Shown here piece by piece: positions 40,435 to 54,324 of a stretch of DNA of 64,000 nt. The stretch lies in NCBI RefSeq assembly GCF_009914755.1, contig NC_060934.1; one strand, 5' to 3'. The number at the start of each line of letters is the position of its first letter. The first letter of the stretch is position 1. Made by a program: the position numbers and the translations under genes. The DNA is from the human T2T-CHM13v2.0 reference genome, Homo sapiens. The notes beneath the pieces are model-generated. The model ran no database searches. It was not told the origin of the DNA and saw only the letters and a list, made by a program, of their open reading frames with translations.

Positions 40435-41767
40435 TAAAGGAAAGAGAGTATATTAATTTAAATAGTTTAGCATATTATATCAACCATTGTATTGAGTGGA
40501 CCAGCACTGAAAATATGCCTTTTGTCAAAAACTATAAGTCTATATAAGTTACATATGAGTATCAAATAAAATTATATGTATGGACCTGAACTATGGCAAA
40601 TTTTTAAATAGTGGATCTTAGAGCATGTGCATGATCTAGACCTGCACTGTTCCACGCAGGAGCCCCTAGTAATAACATGTGTATATTTTGTACACACATA
40701 CACACATCACACACTAGTATTTTGCTAACGCGCTTTTAACTGATAATTTCAAATGTTTCTGCAAGAGGCTTTGATGTCAATGAAAACCTTTTAGTCATTT
40801 GAAGTAAAAATATTTTTCTATTGATATAAATTATTTCAGCATTGAATTTTATTAAAACAAGTATGATAAAGGTTGTAAAGTTTAATTTAGGCACCACATT
40901 GTCAAAAAATACGACCAAGTTTTTTAGATTTTGTGTTAGCTGTGTTCCTAGAACATCTGTTATGCTATTATGACAGGTGTTTATTAATATGGATGTCTAA
41001 TCAAATCTCTTGGTTGCTAATAGCTTGGCAATTCAACATCTAAATATTGTCAAAATCCTTGATTATATGTTGAAAACTGTGGATAATTGATTCAAAGCTG
41101 TTTGCCTTGACTAGATTAAAAAATTAAAACCTGTCAAGTGTATTAATACTTTCCTTTAAAACCTCAACATTCTCCTGAAATTTCTAAAATGTTTCAGTAA
41201 TAACAACTTGTGAAGGAATAAAAGTCTTCTACAGGCCAACATCTGTCCTGATCCAAGTTTCCTTAGACCTTTCATTATACGCATAATTTTTTTTTTTTAT
41301 TTTTATCATGGGCTAGGAATGAATGCACAGAAGGGGAGTAACAAAATGAAAGTCCTACGCTACATACAAAGAATGCCCTACAGAAACGTGTTTTGGGTGC
41401 ATTTAAGCTCAGATTTTTAAAATTAAACTTTTTTGAAAGTATTTAATAATTTCTGAATAGTAGAAGCCTGCAAGAAGCAATTTGGTGGCCTTCAGCAATG
41501 TGGTTGAGTAGCTTCAATGGGTGCCATTTGCAGCTCAGTTACTGAGCTGGAATTTCCTTTTGAATGTACAAAGGCATTACATAAATCTCTAGGAAGGTTC
41601 TGTGGTAATAGCATTCAATGGAAATCTTTAAAATTCTTAAATAACGATTATAGATTTGAAAAGTTCCCAATTTATTTCCCTCTGACAGAGTAGCTCTCTC
41701 ACTTCTATGAGATAGTCTGCCTTTTAGTAAATGCTTTAATGACTATAAATGTGTTTTTGGTCTAGTA

Positions 41768-41970
41768 TAAGTACTGTCCAATAACACTTTTGACAATAAT
41801 GGACATGTTTTCCATGTTTCCACTGTGATAACCGCTAGGCCAATGTAGCTACTGAGTACTTGAAATACTTTTTACAACTAAGAAAAAAAAGTTTACATTG
41901 TATTTAACTTTAATTAATTTGTACTTAAAAAGCCACATTTGGCTAGGGGCTACTGCATGGAACAATGCAG
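41768..41970 (+). mobile_element. MER3 (hAT-Charlie MITE)
   Basis: gtactgtccaataacactttt...gagtacttgaaat...agccacatttggctaggggctactgcatggaacaatgcag; NTCTAGAN-like 8-bp flanks gtctagta / ttctagat. Confidence 0.8.
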
Positions 41971-41975
41971 TTCTA

Positions 41976-42385
<410 letters not shown>

Positions 42386-42559
42386 TTAAAAATACATACT
42401 TGAGCTAGAATTCCTTGATTCTATCAGGAGAATATTAACCATATCAACACCTAATAGACTAGTCTTTCTAGGCATTGTTTGCTGTGGTAGAAATGAAACC
42501 ACTATAGCAACAGATAGTTCATTAAAATAGGGATATATTCAGAATATTGTCCACATGAC

Positions 42560-42788
42560 CTAGGAGTGACAAACTGTAACTTCCAAGCTAAGTTAGGACA
42601 CCACTTGCTTTTGTGAATAAAACTTTATTGGAACACAGCCACATTCCCCACACTCCTTCATTTATGTATTGTCAATAAGTGCTTCTGTGTTACAATAGCA
42701 GAATTAAGTAACTGTGACTGAGATTGCTGGGTTGCAAAGCCTAAATTATATACTGGTCTTTCCATAGAAAAAGTTTGCCAACTTTTTC
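42560..42788 (+). mobile_element. MER58A (hAT-Charlie MITE); its 3' half is duplicated
   Basis: aataaaactttattggaacacagccac...gcaaagcctaaa...agaaaaagtttgccaac. Confidence 0.85.
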
Positions 42789-42910
42789 GTTACCTACATA
42801 AATAGCAGAATTAAGTAACTGTGACTGAGATTGCTGGGTTGCAAAGCCTAAATTATACACTGGCCTTTCCATAGAAAAAGTTTGCCAACTTTTTCATTAC
42901 CTACATAAAT
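42694..42910. repeat. 107-bp direct tandem duplication (2 copies, 3 mismatches)
   Basis: Copy 1 at 42694-42800, copy 2 at 42801-42907, followed by aat. Confidence 0.97.
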
Positions 42911-45373
42911 GCTTATGTGTAAATATTAGGATAAAGTCCCTTTTATGGAGAAGCACATTCTTCTCAGTTCATTCACCATACTTAACACATATAACACACA
43001 TTGCTAATTCCTGTATCTTTTCATATATATGTACCATATAACATGTAATATGTTAGATATGAAATTATATGTACATATATATGAAAATATGCAGCAATTT
43101 AGCAAGTATGATACTAAATATATATATTAAATATTTAGCAAATAAACCTCTATGTGCTTTCACTCAGATCACGGGAATTTAATGCACAAACAATGATTTA
43201 TAGCATCTGTTTTCTAATTTAAGTTAAAGGTGTGAGCTAACATGTCTCTCCCTAGATCTTGATAATCAGATAGTATCAGAGCTAGAGTGGAACATGAAAG
43301 TGCATTCCAAACTCATTTTAGAGACAATAGTTGGGAAATGCCTAAGGACACAAAGAGATAATAACCAGTTAATCAACTATTTAATAGCTCATTTATTGAG
43401 ACACACCTATTTATGTAACCAGCCAGAAGGCCTAGTAGTTGTTTTGTACCATTCAGAAAGACAGTGCCTTAAGAGCCCAGGCTGCAGACTGGGAGCAAAA
43501 CCCTTTGTGTTGTCACAGTGGCTGTGCTATGAATGACATATGCCCTTACTTCAATCCAACAGGGAAGAAAGACGATTCTTCCCTGGAACACTTATGGTCT
43601 ATCATTTAGTGAAAGAAGCAGTTGGCAAAACTCACCAATAATCTATCTATCCCAGAGAAGAGTCTCTATCTGCTCCATTAAGCACCTGTATTTTAGGCTT
43701 TATTATTTATTTTTACAGTAATTTTGAATTGTTTTGAAGACTGTCTCCAAAATAGAAATAACCCCACTTGGATTACTGTCTAAAGAGTGAGTCTAATTCC
43801 ATTGGGATTCTTTTTAAAAATTCTATTCATTGATAGGAAAAAAAATCTTTAACTTAAAAGCTACTTTCTGACCTCAGTAGAACTAGTCCCTATTTTTCCT
43901 TCTTTATACAGGCAACATATCATAAAAGAGATGTGCTTCTATTCTCATCTAAAATATTAAGTTTTAAGGTAAAATATGACAGTATTATTTTCATAAGATA
44001 TTTTCATTAAAATCATCATAGATTTCTGGGTGTCAAAAATAGAAATTACAATTGAAATTAAAGTATAATGACAGAAATGTAAATTTCAAATTCTGCATTA
44101 GTATAACCTCTAACCTTTACCAGAATAATCTCACTTATCAGATACTTAAATAAAAACTAATATCTCAACTTAGTATATTTTTCTCTCCCTTTTTTCAATC
44201 TAACAATATGGAACTTGAGTTTATAATACAATAAAGTTCACCATATAATCTGAACTACATAAATGCCTGGACTATATTGCCTTTTCTTCAGCAACATGTG
44301 TCGATTTAGACCTTTGATTGGATTGTGGAATGCAGTAACAGAACAAACTAATCATTACAATTACATTATATCATACAACCAAGAATAATTTATAATATGC
44401 TTCTTGTACTTTTTGGAATCATTGTTCTCATACCAGTGTGGTGCCTTATTAATCCTATGAAGTCAGTCATATGGTGATAAAACAGATACAAAAGACTTGC
44501 CTTAATATGTTATTATTATTGACTTAGCTCTGACCACACCACCTGATGGACAGGTTCCAAGTAAAGACCTAGATAGTCAAAGTGAGTACTATTAGTAGAC
44601 TTGAAACATTTAATTTCTGTTGGAAGAGATGACTAAAGCTCTCCATGAATTCTTTATTTATATCACAATCTGAAATATTATTAATATTATTGAATGAATT
44701 TTATTTGAACTGGAAGAAAAAGGTAAAAATAAAGTCACTATAGTGCTATAGCTGTGAAAATTTGGCTGACTTACAAAATGGCAGTGAGTTGGTGAATTAG
44801 GACAAGTGGCTTCCAGAGACTAAAGAACCTCTAAACTTTTATCATCAACAGGCACATTTAGGATGGATCATCCTAAATATCACTTAATCATGTGGCCAAA
44901 CAGAACTATTGTTAACCGACAAAATGCTATGCATTGAATTTCTGGTTTAACAAATGAGAAAATGGGTTTTGTTTACAGTGGCAGTTCAGAATTACATACT
45001 TATAAATATTGAGGTTAGGGTCTATTAATGGGCTGTTTGGTTCTAATCATCTGAAGAATAATTCATTTTCTCACAGAGATACACATGATTTGCTTTCATA
45101 TCCTATACGGCCTCCTTTATGTTTATTCAATTTTGTTATCATAGTGAGGTATATGAAAGCCCATGAGCTCGGAAGGTACTATCTTTGCATCATCTTAATC
45201 CTTTGGCCATAAAAGAAAATGATTGGTCCTATAGAGGTCTCCTCAACTTCGTCCAGAAACAAGTGTGACATGATCGAATCTCTGTCATATTATATACAAC
45301 TTACAAAAGATATACATACCCATAGCCATGAGGCGCAAGTGCATATCTAGTTCTATATGAGGATACAGCTCAA

Positions 45374-45375
<2 letters not shown>

Positions 45376-45421
<46 letters not shown>
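45376..45421. repeat. Perfect (AC)23 microsatellite
   Basis: Direct count. Confidence 0.97.
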
Positions 45422-45423
<2 letters not shown>

Positions 45424-47874
45424 TTTTATTGGCTGACAAAGAATAAGTGCAGAAGTATCGAGTATATAAAATCACTAATTATGAATCAGGAGAACTGTTT
45501 GTATTCACTGCTTTTTAGTTTAGTTTTATTCAGTAAAGCATTGTACTACTTAACTTGTTTTTGAAGTTTGCATACAAACTTCGTGACATACAAACAATGT
45601 GAAAGCATTGTAAATTTTTTCTTAATATACATGCAGTATTATTTTGAGAAAAATAATGTCACCCTCAGATAAACATCCAGATGGTTTTACAAGCACAATT
45701 ATGACATCTATTTTACCAGTCATTCTTTATAAGCACTCACAATTCAGGTAGAGCAATTATATTGCAATATTACTTACTTATTACATAATCAACACTTCTG
45801 TTTGTATGAAATGTCACATTACATCTAAAGCCCTGAAATGCAATGACCTACAGAGAATAATCAATTGTTTCTCAAACCGTTCACTCTATAAAATATATTA
45901 AATTTTGAAAAGAGGAATTATCTTTTCTATCTGTAAAATGAGAGGGTGGAGCAAGAAAAACTTGCAAGACTTTTTAGTTGTTAGATATCATAATTTGAAG
46001 CCTTTTTCTTTTTCAATAAATGATTCCTCAGAATTACATAGACTACATCTTTGAAGGAAAAAAAATAGGAAGTGATAGATGATCAATCACATTCACGTTT
46101 ATGGTGGGATATATTTATTTTCTATTTTAGTTATAAAGAAAACTTGTTTCCATTTTCAGCTATCTGAAACCAGTTAGAGAGACAGTTACACAGATGATCA
46201 ACCATATGGCATTAATAAATGTATAACCAAGACAGATATGAAGCATTTTATATTTTAACCAAATGGCTAAACTAACTCATGAAAATGTCATATGTTATCT
46301 ATTTAGCTGAGAGCTTTATTGCAGAGAAATTGTGTCATAATTAACAATTACCACAGGACCAGCCATTTCATTTTATAATTACTTCTCAAACAAATTAAGG
46401 AAGATGAGGTTTTACCCACATTCAGTTACAGCTACATTCAATTTCATAGGTAGGAATATGTAAATGTCTATGTTTTATAAAAACAACTCAGCCAGCTCTA
46501 TCAGTAGTATTTACATAGAAGATTCAATGGGAAATAAAATCACTGTAATTAAGTATACATAATTTTTAAATAGATCAGTGTTGTCAACCTATCTTTCGCT
46601 TGCCTTCATGTTGAAGGATATAGAATAGAAATGGGAATCAGATCCCCCCCAAAAGTGGGGGATCCCACTTCTCCTACTGTAGCATTCCCAAGTTCGTCTT
46701 CTTTTGCCTATATTTGTATAATGGGGTTATGCCTAAAGTTTTGATTTTTAAAATGATTCCAATGCTTCTGACATAAAAAAATCTGTTGCTGAAATACTTG
46801 AATACTATAATATATTAAATGATCTAAGTAAACATAGGACTACAGAAAAAAGAATATGAGAAAAGGATCAAAAGGAAGTAACTGATAAAAGTCAAGGAGA
46901 AATCAAAATTTAAATAAAAGAAATGGGCAAAAAAAATAGTTAAAAAATTGCTTAGTGTAGTTTGATGTTCCTGCAGCTTCAAAGTCTATAAAATGAATTA
47001 CAGTGAAGTAGGAATGTTAACTTTTTTTGTTTTCTGTCTACTTAGAAATGGAAATATTTAGCATAATTAGTCCATTAGTGTTTCCTCTATTTTATCGCTG
47101 CAGTATTATAATTAACACAATATTACATTCAGTATAGATATGAGACCAACTTATTTACCTCAGAGGAATTACAATGGAAATAGATTGAGTTCTCCAATGC
47201 TACCTGATTTTTAAGCATTTAAAACTTAATAAAATACATGTATTTCAAAACTTATTCTTTCCTTCATCACAAAATACTCATCATCAAAAACCATAGTTGA
47301 ATGTAATTTTCTGTATTTCAATTGTGTCAATAAAAATGGCAAATAACAGCAAAACAAATTCCATTATCATTTTAAAGCTTATAAGATCAATTTTAATTTG
47401 GGATAAAGGCATCCCTTGCATGCATCTATCCCAGGAAGCTAAGTGCAAAAGTGCAGGAGGGTAGACTTGAGCTGAAGAAAGTGGAAGGTTTGGCCAAATA
47501 GACAGGAGGGAGTGGCTGGCACATATGAGTTCCTGGGAAGAGACTGCTTTTGCACTCTGGGAAAAGACTGCTGATTTTATCAGAACAGAGACCAGAGGGG
47601 TGATGGACAAAAAGTTGGAGAGTAGAGACCTGGAAAGCCTGCAAGGCTGACATGTTTAGGGCACCTGTATTCTCAACACTCTTCAACCAACACTGAACAT
47701 TCCTGCAGAGGAAGGCAACTGGAAAATATTTAAGCAGGATTAATTTATCTTACATTCTGGCTGGTAAACTTTCTGATGCTCAGGGAGCCCTAGTTAGCCT
47801 CAGAGATAATTTGCCAATTGATTGGAATATTTCACATGCTTGAAGCCTAAACACTTGCTGATGATCTGAATTTT

Positions 47875-48175
47875 TTTTTTTTTTTTTTGAGATGGAGTCT
47901 CACTCTGTCGTCCAGGCTGGAGTGCAATGGCACGATCTCTGCTCACTCACTGCAAGCTCTGCCTCCCAGGTTCACGCCATTCTCCCACCTCAGCCTCCCG
48001 AGTAGCTGGGACTACAGGCACCTGCCACCATGCCCAGCTAATTTTTTTTGTATTTTTAGTAGAGATGGGGTTTCACCGTGTTAGCCAGGATGGTCTCGAT
48101 CTCCTGACCTCATGATCCGCCCGCCTTGGCCTCCCAAATTGCTGGGATTACACACGTGAGCCACTGCATCCGGCC
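47875..48175 (-). mobile_element. AluY
   Basis: Y diagnostics; perfect 15-bp TSD gatgatctgaatttt (47860-47874 / 48176-48190). Confidence 0.97.
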
Positions 48176-48198
48176 GATGATCTGAATTTTATTCATGG

Positions 48199-48240
48199 TT
48201 GATCACTGACTCTTTCTTGATCACTGACTCTTTCTTGATC
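48199..48240. repeat. 18-bp tandem duplication (2.3 perfect copies of ttgatcactgactctttc)
   Basis: Read directly from the sequence. Confidence 0.95.
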
Positions 48241-49056
48241 TTTTGCTTAACCACCCACAGCTCCTAAGTATCTCTGTTCTCTGCCCACTTAGAGTAATCG
48301 TCACTTTTGTAAACGTCTGTGATCTCTATTTGTCACGGACATTACTTAAAGACAGAACGTCTGGTCTACATAGTTTTTGCACACCCCGAAACATCGAATA
48401 TAAGAATTGTAGGTGCTAAAATGCTGTTAATACTTAGACTGACTATATCAAACCTACTAAATTAGGAACTTAAGAGGCTGAATTTATCCAACCTTTTTTT
48501 AAATGGCAGAAGAATCAGTGATACTGAAGAGCAATCCACATCCTCATGTCTTATAGGAGGATTGCCAAACTGGAGGAAATTGTAACTACTATCAGGGGAT
48601 TTGTGTTTGTCATTATTCTTTGTTATTTAAAATGTGAATTATTGCTGTCGGTACTTATAATAATACTTTGCAAAGAATTTACATTAAAAATAACTTGAGG
48701 TATTTGTAAATAGCAATATGTTGAAAACAAGCAGTGAACTTTGGCAGCATTCTTACTGCTTCATTCATATTTGCATTATTTATAAGATGCTAATTGGGCT
48801 CTACTCTAAAGGAGAACTCTAAATATGGTACTCCACAAGAGTTCTAATTTAGTTAAGCCCAAACAACAAATATTCATAGAGCTCTCAGATTCTGAATATT
48901 CCATGTTGGGCAAACCACAGTATTAGTGTCCAAACTGAGACAGAAAAACAAAACAATACTAAACTTAGAATATTTTTAGCTTGATTGAATGAATACTTCA
49001 AGTAACATATCTTTTTTCCCCAGAATAATCTGGAAATTCCATATACAGGATCTTGG

Positions 49057-49057
<1 letters not shown>

Positions 49058-49092
<35 letters not shown>

Positions 49093-49378
49093 TAGATAGG
49101 GTCTCGCCCTGTCACCCAGGCTGGAGTACAATTGTACGACCGCAGCTCATTGTAGCCTTGACTTCCCAGGCTCAAGAGATGCTCTGCCCTCAGATCCCAA
49201 GGAGCTGGGACTACAGGTATGTGCCACCACCCCTGGCCTATTATTTTATTTTTATTTGTGTAGAGGTGGGGTCTTGCTATGCTGCCAAGGCTGTTCTCAA
49301 ACTTTTGGGCTCAAACAATCTTCCTGCCTCAGCCTCCAAAAGTGCTGAGATTACAGGCTTGAGCCACCATGCCCAGCC
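49058..49378 (-). mobile_element. AluJ with long poly-T (about 32 nt)
   Basis: J diagnostics gggtctcgccctgtc, cagctcattgtagccttgac, gggctcaaacaatc. Confidence 0.92.
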
Positions 49379-49819
49379 TCGAAGATGTCTTTCATAAATG
49401 TAAGGATTTGATTTTTGACTTTGAATTTCCTTGGACTAGTTGATGACATGTTCAACCTTCATATGCTGAGTTCTCCTCACTTTCAAATTACTTCTCAAAT
49501 AAATAGCAAAATCTCCAGTAGCTTTAAACAAAAGTTATATTTCAAAAATGAATGATGTATAGTTATCTTCAACCTATGCGCAAAGTACAAGGTTGAGAAG
49601 GACTTCATTTTTGCTTTGATGAAAGGCAATTCCATTCATGATTCTCTTTAAATTCTTCAGTATTAACATCTACCAAGAAAAGAATTCACTGTTCCATGAC
49701 CTGAGATGCATTAAAAATTACATGTCAAATCTACTTTACAGGCAAAGGAGAAAGAGGAACTGCATGTGTCCTATATACACTTGCTTTACCAGTAGCATGA
49801 CACCCAGGATATGCACATG

Positions 49820-49853
49820 ACACACACACACACACACACATACACACACACAC
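49820..49853. repeat. Interrupted (CA)n microsatellite
   Basis: Read directly from the sequence. Confidence 0.9.
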
Positions 49854-50029
49854 CAAAAGCAACCAAGCTTCCTTAGCAAGAGATACATAATTGCTTACCA
49901 TCTGGGTTCCAGATATCTAAGCATATCCTCCCATACTAAACACTTCTTACCACACAAACCTTTGATGCTACTATTTGGACAACTTTACTCCTATATCCCC
50001 TTGTGGTCTCATCTTTATTATTTAGCTGT

Positions 50030-50360
50030 TTCCATTTCCTTAGCCTGTAATCTTTATCCTTGCTTCTCCACCTAGTGAATTCCAATTTATCCTATGCCAT
50101 TCATTGTTTAATTTCCACCTCTTCTCTAAAAAATGTGAGGACTTCCCTAAAATAATCAGTTGCTCCCTCATTGTTTTCCCATATCACTTGAAGTAGAACA
50201 CTGATATCAACCCATATCCAGTTATTTTATTGTTGTTTTAAATAGTGTGTTTGCTTCCTTGCTAGAATTCGAACACCTCATGGACCAAGTCAAAGTTTTT
50301 AAACCATCTCTAGTACTTAGAACAAAACATATCATGAACTTTGTACATAATAAATGTTTT
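50030..50360 (+). mobile_element. L2 3' region
   Basis: ccacctagtgaattcc, tttccacctcttctct, gctagaattcgaacacctcatggaccaag, aataaatgttt. Confidence 0.55.
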
Positions 50361-51204
50361 TAGAAAGCCTTTCACTACCTATTTTCCATGTTTGCTTAAA
50401 ATACTAACCCAGTCAAAGAATTATAAAATAAATATTAAAAATGGTTTTAAGTAGTTCGTGGAATTGCAATGTTTACTTATGTTGCAACAGAGGAATCAGT
50501 CACAACTTTGCATTTAGTAAACATTTTTGGAAAATGTAGAAAGTTTTGAACTTGTTACTTATCTGTTAACATACATATCTCATGAGTTTTAAGTGGCAAA
50601 CAGAGAGGGAGAGAGAGAGACAGAGAGATACAGTATTGAAGCAGAATGTTGACTCATATTTACATCAGCAAATTTTAACTTAGCACCTGGTCTCTCTATT
50701 TCCAGTAATGAAAAATATGGAGGTGAAATACATTGCTCTCTTACTAAAGAAATATAGATATTAGATAAATTAAAGTATGCCTATGAATGTTACAACAAAT
50801 TATACTTTAAAAGTACCAGCACAAATGTGTTCAGTGATGAAATGTTGCTTGAATAAAGGGATTTGAGTTCTCCCTAGACATATTGTGAAATTGCTTCTTG
50901 AAGTCTTGCTGAGTCTCACTTCCTCACCCATAAAATGAGAAGATGGTCTACAGAAACTTTTAGGCCTTTTAAATATTTGAAACATAACTCTTGATAAATA
51001 AAGTAATTTACACAAAAGCTGAATTGCTAGTGCACTGTCGCAGTTCCCCAAGTCTCCTTTTAGAAAAAAAATTACAAGCTTTTATATAACGGAGAAAAAT
51101 TTCTACACCCATATGAAACTCGTTCTACGATATTTTAACCAATACAAAGTTTATGGTGACTATTCAGAAACATTTCTTCTCACAAATAAACTAGAGTCAG
51201 ATAG

Positions 51205-51595
<391 letters not shown>

Positions 51596-52393
51596 CCATG
51601 CAAAACTTTTAAAAAATCAAAATTTACCCAAAGTCGTTGATACAGTTTCATAGATTGATAATGGTTTGAAAATGTCCATACTTTGTTGTATGACCGTTTA
51701 ACAAAATGTAACCATTCTCTGTAAAGATGTGTACTGATCTTTACACATACAGTTCAGAAAAATCAACATATTGACATACACTTTCATGACCAGTCAAATT
51801 AAGAAACAATCACTGAACTCTTTTTCCTAGGTAACATATGAGGTCAAGACTAAACTGTTTGATAATGTAAACAATGGCTGGATTAAGAAATGGAACATAG
51901 GCTTTCAGAGATGAGTGGCAGACCTGGGGAACTAATTAAACAGAGTCAAATGATGAAACTAATCTATGACAAGCCTGAAATAGGCTAAAACAAGTTGCAC
52001 GAGTAAATAAAAGTATTGCAAGTCAAGAGACTTAAGAATCAGTGATACAGAGAGCAGAAAGCTAGATCCTCTGCAGTCAGCACCCAGCTTGATAATGCAT
52101 CACAGCTGGAAGAAAGGGGCTGCTGATTATTTACAGATCATGATTTCTAAGCCATAGTACATGAAAACATTCCCAACATGAATAGCAATATCTTTTATGT
52201 TTTTAAATACTAAATCTAGCAGTGACAGCTTTGCATCTATTTGAATGCTTTGGTTAACAGTAATTAGTTAAGAGGCAATATTGGCTTCTGCAAGAATGCT
52301 TATTTTAAAATAAAAATTCTGCCAATGGCCATTATGTTACATACTCTATTTGCATTTGTCCACCATTGCAGACATCTCACATACTCCAGAGTG

Positions 52394-52645
52394 AACTGGA
52401 GAAGCTCTCTCAGTTGGTTAGAGCATTGGGTTAATGAGAACAAAGTCACAGATTTAATCCCATACAGCCCAGTTAACTTGGCAGAGAAAAACTTTGCTGC
52501 ACAAGCTCTAGCTGCTATTTCAGCAAAACCCAATTGTAAATTCATATTGTGGATCACAGGGGAAGCTTGGGAAACAGTGGAGGTGATGAAAACAACCCAC
52601 CCATCCTGTTTCCTGGAAAACAATGACAAACACCCATGGGTCAAG
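52394..52645 (+). mobile_element. MamSINE1-like ancient tRNA-derived SINE
   Basis: tRNA(Ile)-like head ctcagttggttagagcattgggttaatgagaacaaagtcacagatttaatccccatacagcccagttaac, followed by agagaaaaactttgctgcac...ggatcacagggga...ctggaaaacaa. Confidence 0.7.
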
Positions 52646-53940
52646 TCAGCAATTGCTCATTTTATTTAAATAATACCACTTTTTTCCTGAATATTGCCTA
52701 GCCCTGAATCCTGTTGGAAGATATAAATTCAGATAAATGTGTTTTACATCATTGAATGTGTTTTTGCTCATCATCTACTATCTTCCTCACATCTATGCTT
52801 TGTTCACCTGTATCAAAGGAGTAATTCATACACCCTAAGCAGCAAGTTCAACTTGCATCAGGCAGAAATGGTGATTTCCAAGGGTATAATTATGTAAAAT
52901 GGAGTACATTTTCTGAGCCTCAGATTTAGAGGAAATTTTTCAGCAATGAGATATATCAAGCCCTACTAAAAACAGACATTTTGCTCCCTAAGCATTACAA
53001 ATAAGAGACATCCTATTTCATAAAAGACTCATAATTTAAAAATGTGTCTATGTGATAGATTAGTGAATTAGCTGCAACAAAATATCCTACATGACCAGGC
53101 CAAATATTAGAAGCAGCACATATGCTGTACAGTATGAACATACACACACACTCACATGTGCACACACGCACACTCAAGCTAAAAATCAAAATGTGAGTGC
53201 CATTGTCTAATATTAGTTTGTTTTATATCTCCCCCTTCAGTCACCTGTTTTGAATTTTTGAGAGCGTATCATTAAAGATCCTAAAGAACCAGAGGAACAA
53301 AATAAAGTTGCTTTAATGAAGTTAGATGAACTAGCTCCTTCTGATTTCTAGCTCTGTCACTGAATGTCTGTGTCATCCTGCTTTATATGTGCTTTAGATG
53401 AAAGACTGTGGCATCTGCTTCGTATAGGAGAAAATAGAGTTAAAGGGTTGGCTCAAGATGCCAGTCATTATAATAATTCCCATATTTAATCCTCTATGTT
53501 CCTAAAAGGCTTTTTATATTAATGTTTACTTTGATTAAGGTATTTAATCAATGTTTTCATTGAACTGAGTTCTATCACTCCTAAAGTTTTTATCCCTTTC
53601 TTCCGGTTTAGTCTCGATTGTTCTCTAAAGCACAGAAAAGGGAAGATATATTTAAAACTTCTATCAGAACAAAGTGAAAGAGTAGAATCATTAGATTTTT
53701 TCAGGAACATCTGCAGAACAACAAGGGCCAAAAATGACTTCAAATGACACATAAAAATGTCTCAGTCTAAAATATTGGCATTCTGCTAGGCCCTATTTGA
53801 CTGATAAGTATTATGCATTTTCCTCTGTCTCTTTCACCTACAAGGCTGAGCAACAAACTGTGTCTAGAGTTTCTTCATTTTAATATTCTTGTTGTTCCAT
53901 CTGGGTCATTTATTAACAAATCCCACAAAAGTGTATTTGA

Positions 53941-53966
53941 GTCATCTTATTGGTCATCTTATTGGT
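53941..53966. repeat. 12-bp tandem duplication (gtcatcttattg x2)
   Basis: Read directly from the sequence. Confidence 0.85.
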
Positions 53967-54324
53967 GTTATTGACACAAGATTTTGAAGTCGCACAATAA
54001 ATGAGAAGATAAATCAGTTTAAAAAATCACCCATGGTTGAGCTCTAATATAATCAGATTTAAATACTACTGTATGAAAATGGTGCTTCTAAGTAATATTG
54101 TAAAGTTTAAACAACAGTAGTAAATAAATATTAGCATTTCTAGGGGTTATTTTTTCTCTTAAGTTCAGATTTGTTTTTTATTATAAACACTGAAATAAGT
54201 CAAATAAGTTAAATAGATAAAATAAAACAAATGGATATAAAGTCTAGGGATTTAAAAAATCATCTTATTAATTTTTTAGCTGTGGTTTTATTTCATAAGG
54301 TATTATAAAGAAAATAATTGCAAT

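Noticed and set aside
42694-42910. CRISPR-like or minisatellite array
   Set aside because: Only two adjacent copies with no spacers; eukaryotic context.
52394-52475. Functional tRNA-Ile gene
   Set aside because: The acceptor stem, anticodon arm and B box are degenerate, and the sequence continues into a SINE body.
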